From Elusimicrobia bacterium GWB2_63_16 (GTDB lineage Bacteria > Elusimicrobiota > Elusimicrobia > Elusimicrobiales > UBA9959), in assembly GCA_001799715.1 (NCBI GenBank), contig MGTZ01000036.1:54226-118225 (forward strand): a stretch of 64,000 bases of DNA. The letters run 5' to 3'. Below are positions 49,565 through 57,724 of this stretch, one piece after another; position 1 is the stretch's first letter; every line of letters starts with the position of its first letter. Made by a program: the position numbers and the translations under genes. Under the pieces are notes generated by a model, which did no database searches, had not been told where the DNA came from, and was given only the letters and a program-made list of their open reading frames with translations.

Positions 49565-50347
49565 ATGGATATAGGTACATTAAGCGGCATCGTGGTGTTC
49601 ATGGGCTTCGTGCTGGGCTCGGTCTACCTGCAGGAGGGTATGGCCGGCTTCAAGCCCTTCATGAACATCGAGGCCTTCCTCATCGTCATGGGCGGCACGT
49701 TCTGCGCGCTGCTGGTCAATTTCCCGCTCTCCGCCGTGATCGGCTCAGGCAAGGTGCTCAAGAAGGTGCTGACCACCAAAGGCGAGGACACCTCCAAGCT
49801 GGTCACCACCTTCGTCTCGCTGTCGCAGAAAGCCAAGAAAGAGGGTTTCCTGGCGCTGCAGGGCGACGTGCAGGCCATCGACAACGACTTCCTCAAGCGC
49901 GGCGTGCAGCTGGTCATCGACGGCGCCGACCACGAGTTCATCCGCAACATGCTCGAGACCGAGATCGACTTCATCCGCGAGCGCCACAAGAACGGCCGCG
50001 AGATCTTCAACGCCCTGGGCACCTACGCCCCGGCCTTCGGCATCATCGGCACGGTGCTCGGCATGATCCTGATGCTTTCCTCCATCGACGACGTGGCCCA
50101 GGTGCCGCGCCGCATGGCCCTCGCCCTGGCGGCCGCCTTCTACGGCCTAGCGTCCGGCTACTGGCTGTTCATGCCCATGGGCGGCAAGCTCAAGAGCCGC
50201 TCCGACGAGGAGCTGTTCGTCAAAGAGATCATCATCCGCGGCGTGCTGCTGCTGCAGAGCGGCGCCACGCCCAGCGTAGTGGAGGCCAACCTGAAGGCCT
50301 ACCTCGACCCCGCCGCCCGCGCGGCCATCAAGAAAGAAGGCGCGTAA
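49565..50347 (+). CDS. motA: Flagellar-type stator protein MotA/PomA
   Basis: AFLIVMGGT, KAKKEGFLAL, FLKRGVQLVIDG, YAPAFGIIGTVLGMI, FYG...PMGGKL, GVLLLQSGATP; SD AAGGAG. Confidence 0.95.
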   Translation: MDIGTLSGIVVFMGFVLGSVYLQEGMAGFKPFMNIEAFLIVMGGTFCALLVNFPLSAVIGSGKVLKKVLTTKGEDTSKLVTTFVSLSQKAKKEGFLALQGDVQAIDNDFLKRGVQLVIDGADHEFIRNMLETEIDFIRERHKNGREIFNALGTYAPAFGIIGTVLGMILMLSSIDDVAQVPRRMALALAAAFYGLASGYWLFMPMGGKLKSRSDEELFVKEIIIRGVLLLQSGATPSVVEANLKAYLDPAARAAIKKEGA

Positions 50348-50356
50348 GGCTCTCCT

Positions 50357-51160
50357 ATGGCCCTCAGAGTAAAAGGCATGATCCCGGAGGACGACAGGCG
50401 CGTGGCGCCCGTCGGCGAACCCGCGCCCCCGTGGATGGTCAACTACGCCGACCTGATGACCGAGCTGGTCTGCTTCTTCGTCATCCTGTACGCCCTGTCC
50501 GCCGCCCTCAACAAGGACATGCAGAAGGCCCAGCAGGAAGTGCAGGAGATGATCAAAGAGGGCAAGATGGCCGGCCAGGTGCAGATAGACAAGGAAGGCA
50601 TGCGCATCACGCTCGAAGAGCAGAGCCAGATGGCCTTCTTCGAGAGCGGCAAGGCCGACCTGACCGACTCTATGCGCGAGCAGATGGGCAAGCTCTCCCC
50701 GGTGCTGCTCAAGCTGGCAGAGAAGCACGACATCGTGGTGGAAGGCCACACCGACAATATCCCGATCTATACCAAACAGTTCGCCTCCAACTGGGAGCTG
50801 TCCACCGCGCGCGCCACCAGCGTGGTGAAATCCATGCTGGAAGACAAGTTCGCCCCGAAGCGGCTGTCGGCCGTGGGCTACGGGGAATACCATCCCATAG
50901 TGCCCAACGACAGTCCGCCGAACCGCAAGAAGAACCGCCGCGTGGTATTCTTCATCAAGAACAATCCTTATCCCGACCCGACCGGCCCCCCGGGGCCTGA
51001 CGGCAAGCCCCTCCCGGTTGCGCCGGAAGGCGGAGCCCCGGCCGTGCCCGAGCAGGCGCCGGCCGCGCCGGAAGGCGCCGCCGAACTGCCGGCCGGAGAG
51101 GTTCCCGCCCCGGAGACGCCCGCCCCGGCGGGAGACGCGCCCGCGGAAGCCGGGGAATAA
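50357..51160 (+). CDS. motB: Flagellar-type stator protein MotB/PomB with OmpA-like peptidoglycan-binding domain
   Basis: WMVNYADLMT TM motif with the conserved Asp; VEGHTDN, NWELSTARA, GYGEYHP, NRRV; Pro/Ala tail. Confidence 0.95.
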   Translation: MALRVKGMIPEDDRRVAPVGEPAPPWMVNYADLMTELVCFFVILYALSAALNKDMQKAQQEVQEMIKEGKMAGQVQIDKEGMRITLEEQSQMAFFESGKADLTDSMREQMGKLSPVLLKLAEKHDIVVEGHTDNIPIYTKQFASNWELSTARATSVVKSMLEDKFAPKRLSAVGYGEYHPIVPNDSPPNRKKNRRVVFFIKNNPYPDPTGPPGPDGKPLPVAPEGGAPAVPEQAPAAPEGAAELPAGEVPAPETPAPAGDAPAEAGE

Positions 51161-51176
51161 CAGGAAGGCTGAATTT

Positions 51177-51920
51177 ATGAAGAGAGAACTGATCCGGATA
51201 CTGGCCGTTACCCTGCTGGCCGCGCCGCTGGCCGGCTGCTTTGGCGGCATGAAGCACCTGAAAGTGGTGGACTACACCGACACGCGCGTGGGCGACCTGT
51301 CGCTGACCAAGAAGGTCACCGGCAAGCGCGAGTTCCTGTTCTTCTCCACCACCAAGATGAGCGTCTTCCTGGACGGCAACATACAGGGCGTCATCACCGA
51401 TTACCAGGGCAATCCCATCGAGGGCGTCACCGTGAAGGTCATGCCCGACACCGGCAAACAGGGCGCCGGCGGCGGGGACGGCGGCGATACCTTCGCGCTG
51501 GAAGAGAACGCCGGCGCGGCCATAAACCTTTCTTTCGCCCCCGGCATTACGGATACGATGGGGCTTTTTAAAATACACTTTTCCCTGCCTGTCACCGACA
51601 ACGAGGTGGACGTGCGCGGCAAGCTGGTCTACAATCCGGGCTGGGACCAGCAGCGCCTGAACCTGGGCAAGGCCTACGAGCCCCAGATGAAGGAATCCCC
51701 TTTCCGCCTCTACTACAACCTCGACAGCGGTTTCCTGGCCTTCGCCGAGGGCGTGCGCAAAGTTATCGTGCAGCCGGTGGGCGAAGGCAAGGGGCGCATG
51801 CAGAACCTGCCCGGCGCCCAGGCCCCGCAGCCGGCAGCCAAACCCGGAGGCGAGGCCGCCCCGGCCGGCGGCGCGCAGGCCGAGGAAGACCTCTTCAAAG
51901 GCTTCGACTTCGGCCAGTAA
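51177..51920 (+). CDS. Lipoprotein with carboxypeptidase-regulatory-like (Ig/transthyretin) segment
   Basis: ATG 51177; lipobox LAGC; IQGVITDYQGNPIEGVTVKV. Confidence 0.8.
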   Translation: MKRELIRILAVTLLAAPLAGCFGGMKHLKVVDYTDTRVGDLSLTKKVTGKREFLFFSTTKMSVFLDGNIQGVITDYQGNPIEGVTVKVMPDTGKQGAGGGDGGDTFALEENAGAAINLSFAPGITDTMGLFKIHFSLPVTDNEVDVRGKLVYNPGWDQQRLNLGKAYEPQMKESPFRLYYNLDSGFLAFAEGVRKVIVQPVGEGKGRMQNLPGAQAPQPAAKPGGEAAPAGGAQAEEDLFKGFDFGQ

Positions 51921-51938
51921 GGGCCGCCGCGCCGCAGG

Positions 51939-51964
51939 AAAAGAGGGCCACGCGCCCTCTTTTT
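51939..51964 (+). terminator. Intrinsic terminator closing the motor operon
   Basis: AAAAGAGGGC-cacgc-GCCCTCTTTTT. Confidence 0.8.
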
Positions 51965-52002
51965 CATTTATAGCGGGGATGGCAAAATAATAGAATAGTA
52001 CC

Positions 52003-53082
52003 ATGAAGAAGAAGGTCGTAGTCGCGATGTCCGGCGGGGTGGATTCCTCCGCCGCCGCGGCCCTGCTGCTGCGGCAGGGTTACGAGGTGATCGGCGTCAC
52101 GCTGCGCCTGTTCGCGGAGCGGCGCGGCGCGGTTAAATGCTGCGGCGGCGCCGAGAGCGCCGACAAAGCCCGCGCCTCGGCGCAGGCGCTGGGCATCAGG
52201 CATTATTTCAAGAGCGCGCACGGCCTGTTCGAGCGGCACGTGATAAAGGATTTCACGGACGGCTACCTGGCCGGACGCACGCCCAACCCCTGCGTGGAGT
52301 GCAACCGGCACCTTAAATTTTCCTACCTGTTCGACCTGGCCGTTTCGCTGGGCGCGGAGTTCCTGGCCACCGGCCATTACGCCGTGATAAAAGAGGAGGC
52401 CGGGGAGTACGGCCTGTACCGCGGGGCGGACCCGCTGAAGGACCAGAGCTATTTTCTCTACTGCCTGCGCCGGGAACAGCTGGGCCGCCTGCTGTTCCCG
52501 CTGGGCGGCATGACCAAGAAAGAAGTGCGCGCCGTCGCGGCCTCGCTCGCGCTGCCGTCGGCCGCCGCCCCCGAATCGCACGACATCTGCTTCGTCACCG
52601 AGGGCGATTATTCCCATTACCTGCGCCGCTCCGGAGTAAAGCCCCGCCCCGGCTATATCGTGGACGCCGCCGGCAAGCGGCTGGGCCGGCATAACGGCTT
52701 CTTCAATTTCACGGTAGGCCAGCGGCGCGGTACCGGCGTCTACGGCGGCGGCCGCCTCTACGTCACCGAATTGCGGCCTGAGACCAACGAGGTGGTGCTG
52801 GGGCCGCTGGGCGCGGCCCAGAGCCGCGGCTTCGAATTGTCCGGCCTTAACTGGCTGGCGGCGCCGGCGGCCGGGGAGTTGCGCTGCGCGGCGCAGATAC
52901 GCTACCGCCACAAGCCCGAGCCCTGCCTGCTGCGTCTGGGCAGGGGCGGCAGGGCGGAAGCGCTGCTGGACAGGCCTCAGTTCGCGGTGGCGCCGGGGCA
53001 GGCCGCGGTCTTCTACGACGGGGACCGGGTTCTGGGCGGGGGGATCATCGGTAAAACTACGTCGGCCGCGGAGGGCCTGTAA
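52003..53082 (+). CDS. mnmA: tRNA 2-thiouridine(34) synthase MnmA
   Basis: AMSGGVDSS, GRTPNPCVECN..LKF, ATGHYA, KDQSYFL, ES.DICF, TVGQRRG, APGQAAVFY. Confidence 0.95.
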   Translation: MKKKVVVAMSGGVDSSAAAALLLRQGYEVIGVTLRLFAERRGAVKCCGGAESADKARASAQALGIRHYFKSAHGLFERHVIKDFTDGYLAGRTPNPCVECNRHLKFSYLFDLAVSLGAEFLATGHYAVIKEEAGEYGLYRGADPLKDQSYFLYCLRREQLGRLLFPLGGMTKKEVRAVAASLALPSAAAPESHDICFVTEGDYSHYLRRSGVKPRPGYIVDAAGKRLGRHNGFFNFTVGQRRGTGVYGGGRLYVTELRPETNEVVLGPLGAAQSRGFELSGLNWLAAPAAGELRCAAQIRYRHKPEPCLLRLGRGGRAEALLDRPQFAVAPGQAAVFYDGDRVLGGGIIGKTTSAAEGL

Positions 53083-53084
53083 AT

Positions 53085-54164
53085 ATGAAAAAAAAGATAG
53101 CTGTCATTTTCGGGGGGAAATCCCCGGAGCACGAGGTGTCCATAGAATCGGCCAAGACCGTCTGCGCCAAACTGCGCGAGGCCGGTTTCGCCGTGCTGCC
53201 GTTCTACGCGCCCCGCGAGGGCGCCTGGCGCCTGGTGCGGCTGGCCGACCTGCTGGCCGGCCGGCCCCTCAAGGGCCCTGCCCTTGAACCTTCCCTTGGC
53301 TCCGGCTGTTTCCTGAAAGCCGGCGGCGGCCGGGTGAAGCCCGACGCCGCTTTCCCCATCATCCACGGCTCCACCGGCGAGGACGGGGTGCTGCAGGGCT
53401 TCCTGGAGCTGCTGGGCCTGCCCTATACCGGCTGCGGCGTGACCGCCTCGGCCGTGGGCATGGACAAGATCATCTCCAAGGAGCTGGCGGCCCTCGACGG
53501 CGTGCCGGTGCTGCCCCACGTGGTGATCAGGGCGCATCAGAAAGCGGCCATGGGCCCGCTGCTGGCCCGGGCGGCCCGGCTAGGTTTCCCGCTGTTCGTC
53601 AAGCCGGTGGCGCAGGGCTCCTCGGTGGGCGTGGCCAAGGTGAAGACCGCCGCCGCGCTGCGCCCCGCCGTGCTGAACGCCTTTCGCTTCGACAACGCCG
53701 TGATGATAGAGAAGGGCGTGGACCGGGCCCGGGAGATCGTGGTGGGCGTGCTGGGGTCGCACGAGGGCGCCGCGGCCAGCGTCTGCGGCGAAGTGGTGCC
53801 GCAGGGCAAGCACGAATTCTACGATTACGAGGCCAAGTATCTCGACGATAACGGCATGCAGCTGCGCCTGCCGGCGCCGCTGCCGGCCGCGGTCTCCAAC
53901 AGGCTGCGCGACCTGGCCGTAAAGATCTTCATGGCCCTGGGCGGCTCCGGCCAGGCCCGCATAGACTTCTTCGTGGACCCGAAGAACGATAAAAAGGTGT
54001 ATTTCTGCGAGATCAACACGCTGCCCGGTTTCACCTCGCACAGCCTGTACCCGCGCCTGTGGGAAAAGACCGGCCTCAAGCCGGAGCAGGTGCTGGAGCA
54101 GCTGGTGGACACGGCGCTGCGCTCGGCCGCCGCCCGCCGCCGGCTGACCACGGCCCGCAAGTAA
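53085..54164 (+). CDS. ddl: D-alanine--D-alanine ligase
   Basis: FGGKSPEHEVS, HGSTGEDG.LQG, MDKIISK, FVKP..QGSSVGV, YDYEAKY, EINTLPGFT..SLYP. Confidence 0.95.
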   Translation: MKKKIAVIFGGKSPEHEVSIESAKTVCAKLREAGFAVLPFYAPREGAWRLVRLADLLAGRPLKGPALEPSLGSGCFLKAGGGRVKPDAAFPIIHGSTGEDGVLQGFLELLGLPYTGCGVTASAVGMDKIISKELAALDGVPVLPHVVIRAHQKAAMGPLLARAARLGFPLFVKPVAQGSSVGVAKVKTAAALRPAVLNAFRFDNAVMIEKGVDRAREIVVGVLGSHEGAAASVCGEVVPQGKHEFYDYEAKYLDDNGMQLRLPAPLPAAVSNRLRDLAVKIFMALGGSGQARIDFFVDPKNDKKVYFCEINTLPGFTSHSLYPRLWEKTGLKPEQVLEQLVDTALRSAAARRRLTTARK

Positions 54165-54175
54165 ACTCGAAAAAT

Positions 54176-54212
54176 AAAAAGGCCGGGAGCTTTCAGGGCT
54201 CCCGGCCTTTTT
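54176..54212. terminator. Bidirectional intrinsic terminator between convergent genes
   Basis: AAAAA GGCCGGGAGC-tttcagg-GCTCCCGGCC TTTTT. Confidence 0.85.
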
Positions 54213-54228
54213 GTTTTTCCTCCGGAGT

Positions 54229-56082
54229 TTATTCCGCCTCGTCCTCGTAGACGTACTCGTATTCTTCCTCGGCTTCCTCGGCCGCTGGGGCCGGCTTGGG
54301 CGCGGTCTTGGGCGCCGCTTTGACGGCCGGCTTGCGCGCGGCGGCTTTTGTGGCGGCCGGCTTCCTGGCGGCGCTCTTGCGCGCAGGCGGGGCCGGCGCG
54401 AAGGCGGCTTTGGCGGCGTCGTTCAGGGGGGCCACGGTCTTCTGCGCCCTGTCCACCAGGAAGGTGTAGGTCAGATTCCCGGTCCTGGACGGTATGACCG
54501 CGTCTATCTCGAACTTGCCCTCCGGGGCGGTCCTGACCTCCCAGGCTGTATTGTTCGGGTTGCCGCCCGCCTTGGCGGCATGGTCGTACACCTTGTTCTC
54601 CAGGCTGGCGCCGGAGGCGTCGGGCTTGAAGGTGCGGGCTATATACGTGATTTCGGGAGAGGCGTCCTTGACGGCCTGCTGTTGGGCGGCCTGTTCCTGC
54701 GCCTTGCTCTCCGCGGCGGGCGCGGCCTGCTGCTCAGGGGCGGCCTGGGTTCCCTCTGCGGCGGGCTGGCCGGCCTGTCCGGGCGCGGCGCCCTCCTGTA
54801 ACGCCTCGGCCCCGGTCTGCGCGGGCTCCTGCGGGGCGGACACGAAAGGCAGCGGGAACGGTATGAAAGGCGTGGCGTCGAAGATCCCGAAGGTCTTGAG
54901 GCCTATTACCGCGCCCAGCAGCACGGCGACCAGCAGGGCCAGCGTGATTATAAGTTTAAAGACCTTCTTGAGCGCCATGCCGAGATTGGACTTCTTGGTG
55001 CCTATATCCTTGGGTTCCTCTTTGACGGGTTCCTTGGCCGGTTCCGGCTTGGCCTTTTCCGGTTCCCTGGCGCGCTGCGGCTCCACGCCGAACACGGTGT
55101 CGGAATTCCGCTCTATTTTGAGCTCATGCGAGGGGGCGGGCGCGGCGGCGGGGGCCGGGTTGCGCAGGGCCGCCTTTACGTCGCCGATGGCGTTTTCCAG
55201 ATAGGCCAGCTTGTCGGTCACTTCGCGCTGGAACTGGGAGTTCTTTATGGAAGAAACGACCTCGCCCATCTGGTCCAGCTTGATCCTGATGGGGTCCACC
55301 GCGTTGTCCACGTCCTTGCGGCTGACGGAGTTGGCCGAGATCTCGTCGAGGCGGCGCAGCAGCTTCTCCAGGCCGGCCGTATCCACCACGGGCGCTGCCG
55401 CCGGGGCGGCGGCGCGGGGGAAATTCTCGGTTTCGAACTGCGCGGGCGCGGCGGCGGCCGGGGGCGTATAAACCGCCGGTTCCGGGGCGGGGGCAGCGGG
55501 CTCGGGGGCCGGCGCCGGTTCCGGGGCCGGCGCGGGCTGGAACTGGTCGTTGCGCGGCTCCAGGGACAGGCCTTCCGGCGCGGGCGCCTCCTGGCCTACG
55601 GTCTCGGTGCGGCGCACTATCTGCGAGAGGCTGATGGGGTCGAAGCCGGAGGAGGACTGCGCCACCGGCTCGGGGGCCGGGGCATGCGCGGCCGAGCCGC
55701 CGCCAAGGCGGTTCACCGCTATGTCTGCCATGCCGTCGGTATGGGTGGGAGGGGGCATGGGGTCTATGGACTGGGCCGCCCGCAGGGGCTTGAAGCTGAG
55801 GCTGGTGGTTTCTATGGCGGGCTGGGGAAAGGAGCGTGGGGCCGGTTCCTGCGCGGCGGGTTCGGGCTGGAAAGCCGCCGGTTCCGGGGCGGGAGCGGGC
55901 TGGGCGGCGCCGCCGGACGAAAGTTCGGGGTAGGTGGAGGCTTCCTTCCAGTCCTCCGTCTTCTCGCCTACCGGGGTCTGGGGGCAGACCAGCATGGAGG
56001 GGGAAAAGGACGGAAGCTCGCGGAGCTTGTCTTTTTCGAAAGGGCCGAGGATCTCGTTGTTAACGTACGCCCAATATTTCAT
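54229..56082 (-). CDS. GYF_2 (DUF4339)-domain single-pass membrane protein
   Basis: ATG 56082 with AGGAAGG SD; N-terminal WAYVNNEILGPF...L..L...LVCP...W..A..YPEL; Pro/Ala linker, short coiled coil, TM (LIITLALLVAVLLGAVIGL), basic then acidic tail. Confidence 0.8.
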   Translation of the reverse strand: MKYWAYVNNEILGPFEKDKLRELPSFSPSMLVCPQTPVGEKTEDWKEASTYPELSSGGAAQPAPAPEPAAFQPEPAAQEPAPRSFPQPAIETTSLSFKPLRAAQSIDPMPPPTHTDGMADIAVNRLGGGSAAHAPAPEPVAQSSSGFDPISLSQIVRRTETVGQEAPAPEGLSLEPRNDQFQPAPAPEPAPAPEPAAPAPEPAVYTPPAAAAPAQFETENFPRAAAPAAAPVVDTAGLEKLLRRLDEISANSVSRKDVDNAVDPIRIKLDQMGEVVSSIKNSQFQREVTDKLAYLENAIGDVKAALRNPAPAAAPAPSHELKIERNSDTVFGVEPQRAREPEKAKPEPAKEPVKEEPKDIGTKKSNLGMALKKVFKLIITLALLVAVLLGAVIGLKTFGIFDATPFIPFPLPFVSAPQEPAQTGAEALQEGAAPGQAGQPAAEGTQAAPEQQAAPAAESKAQEQAAQQQAVKDASPEITYIARTFKPDASGASLENKVYDHAAKAGGNPNNTAWEVRTAPEGKFEIDAVIPSRTGNLTYTFLVDRAQKTVAPLNDAAKAAFAPAPPARKSAARKPAATKAAARKPAVKAAPKTAPKPAPAAEEAEEEYEYVYEDEAE

Positions 56083-56254
56083 ATCGCCTTCCTGTCCCGG
56101 TTTGAGTGTGCCGCTTTGCTGCGCCCCAGGGCCGCGGGCATACATATGGTATTTAGGTAGTAGAAATTAAAACGCATATATACGTATAAATTCTACATTT
56201 GGGCTGTTACAGAAATAATAACTAATAATTAAATCCTTTTTGTATACTTTAGCT

Positions 56255-57079
56255 ATGGACGCAAGGGCGATACGCGCGCTGATATACATGTTTAGCGGGT
56301 TGATAGTCATTTTCTTCCTGCTCATGCTGGTCAACTTCATAGGCAGTTTCTCCGGGGCCAGGCTGGACGCCGACGGCCGGGAGATCTCGGAAGAGAAGCC
56401 GGAAAGCGCCGAGACCGCCGCGCAGCAGGCCATGGCCGCGGCCCGGGCCGGCGGCGCCCCCAGGGCCTCCATGATCCCCGCCGCCAGGCAGGGCCTCTCC
56501 ACCGCGGCCGTCACCTCCAACGGCGCCATTCAGCTGGTGAAGGACAAAGATTTCGACGGCGTGGCCGAAAAACCCAAGGACATGATGGCCATGCTCAACG
56601 ACATGGCCGGCGGGGACAGGCGCAAGCCGCCCCCGATACGCCTCAGCGACGCCGACCTGGACCGCAAACTGCGCGACCTGGGCGCCTCCAGCCCCGGCGG
56701 GCACGGCGTGAAGACCTCCAGCATGCCCGAGCTGGGCCGCGGCAGCGGCCAGGAGGGAGTGACCATGCTGGCCGCCCCGGTGGACTACAAGATATTCAAG
56801 AGTTCCGAGACCTGGTGGACCTTCGCCAATTCCCGCAAGCTCAAGCCCGGGCCGCACGATTTCGGCGCCTTCGACCTGGTGATCCTCGTCTCGCTCTCGG
56901 ATTTCCCGAGCGGCATTTTTAGTGTGGCCGGCGTGGAGCCGGGGCGCAAGGAAACCCTGGTGAAGTACCGCGTGAACCCGCTGGCCATGGCGGCCGGAAC
57001 CGACCCGGGCAGCCGCGATTCCTACGCCAGCGCGCCGGTGCCCAAAGGGCGTCCGGTGCGCCTGCAGCAAGTTCCCTGA
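56255..57079 (+). CDS. Membrane-anchored protein, C-terminus weakly PrcB_C-like
   Basis: N-terminal TM (LIYMFSGLIVIFFLLMLVNFIG); C-terminal DF..FDLVILVS...PSGIFSV..V...ETLVKY resembles PrcB_C (by-eye only). Confidence 0.6.
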   Translation: MDARAIRALIYMFSGLIVIFFLLMLVNFIGSFSGARLDADGREISEEKPESAETAAQQAMAAARAGGAPRASMIPAARQGLSTAAVTSNGAIQLVKDKDFDGVAEKPKDMMAMLNDMAGGDRRKPPPIRLSDADLDRKLRDLGASSPGGHGVKTSSMPELGRGSGQEGVTMLAAPVDYKIFKSSETWWTFANSRKLKPGPHDFGAFDLVILVSLSDFPSGIFSVAGVEPGRKETLVKYRVNPLAMAAGTDPGSRDSYASAPVPKGRPVRLQQVP

Positions 57080-57112
57080 TAGTTTATTTCGACCGGCCGC
57101 GGACGCGGCCGG

Positions 57113-57724
57113 CTAGAGCTTCTTCCTGAACAAGCCTTTCTTTTCCCCGTCTTCCACGAACCCCATCCTGCGCAGATATTGCGCGTGCTTCGGCGAGCCG
57201 CTGGCCGCCGTGAAGTGCGTGAAGCCGGCGAAGATCTCCGGGTTCCGCGCCCTGTTGAACAGGAAACGCGCGCTCTTGAGGTCGCGGTAGTCTTCGGCCA
57301 CGTAGTCCAGGTGCACGCGCAGGTCGCCGCCCTCCTCGGTGTAGATAAAAAGTCCTACCGGCAGCAGGTTGCGCAGGATGAAGACGCAGCGCGGCGCCGC
57401 CAGGGCCGCGAGGTCGAAGTCGGGGAAGAACTGCCAGATGCCACGCGCGTGGTAGGCCAGGAAATTGGCCAGCAGCGGGTCGGCGCTCCCCACCGGCATC
57501 AATTTGAAGATATCGCGCTTGGACTTGAGGGCGACTATATGCCACAGGTCTATGCAGGCCACGAACAGGTTGACCGCCAGCACCGGCCAGGCCCGCGTCA
57601 GCGCCGCGTAAACCACGAACACCGCCGCCCCGGCCAGGTTCAGCACCCGCAGGCGCAGCACGTTGCTGGTCAGCAGCGACACCGCCACCAGCGCCGAGGC
57701 CGCGTAGCCGATAAGTTCTATCAT
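57113..57724 (-). CDS. YgjV-family membrane protein
   Basis: IGYAASALVAVSLL.SN..RLR.LNL.GA..F..Y......WPV..VN N-terminal TM hairpins followed by a soluble domain. Confidence 0.7.
   Translation of the reverse strand: MIELIGYAASALVAVSLLTSNVLRLRVLNLAGAAVFVVYAALTRAWPVLAVNLFVACIDLWHIVALKSKRDIFKLMPVGSADPLLANFLAYHARGIWQFFPDFDLAALAAPRCVFILRNLLPVGLFIYTEEGGDLRVHLDYVAEDYRDLKSARFLFNRARNPEIFAGFTHFTAASGSPKHAQYLRRMGFVEDGEKKGLFRKKL

Noticed and set aside
53780-53850. Possible D-Ala-D-Lac ligase (glycopeptide resistance)
   Set aside because: Omega loop has YDYEAKY with the Tyr typical of D-Ala-D-Ala ligases, and there is no van gene context
56179-56188. TATACGTATA palindrome in the divergent promoter region
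   Set aside because: Single 10-bp palindrome in an AT-rich patch; not enough support for an operator
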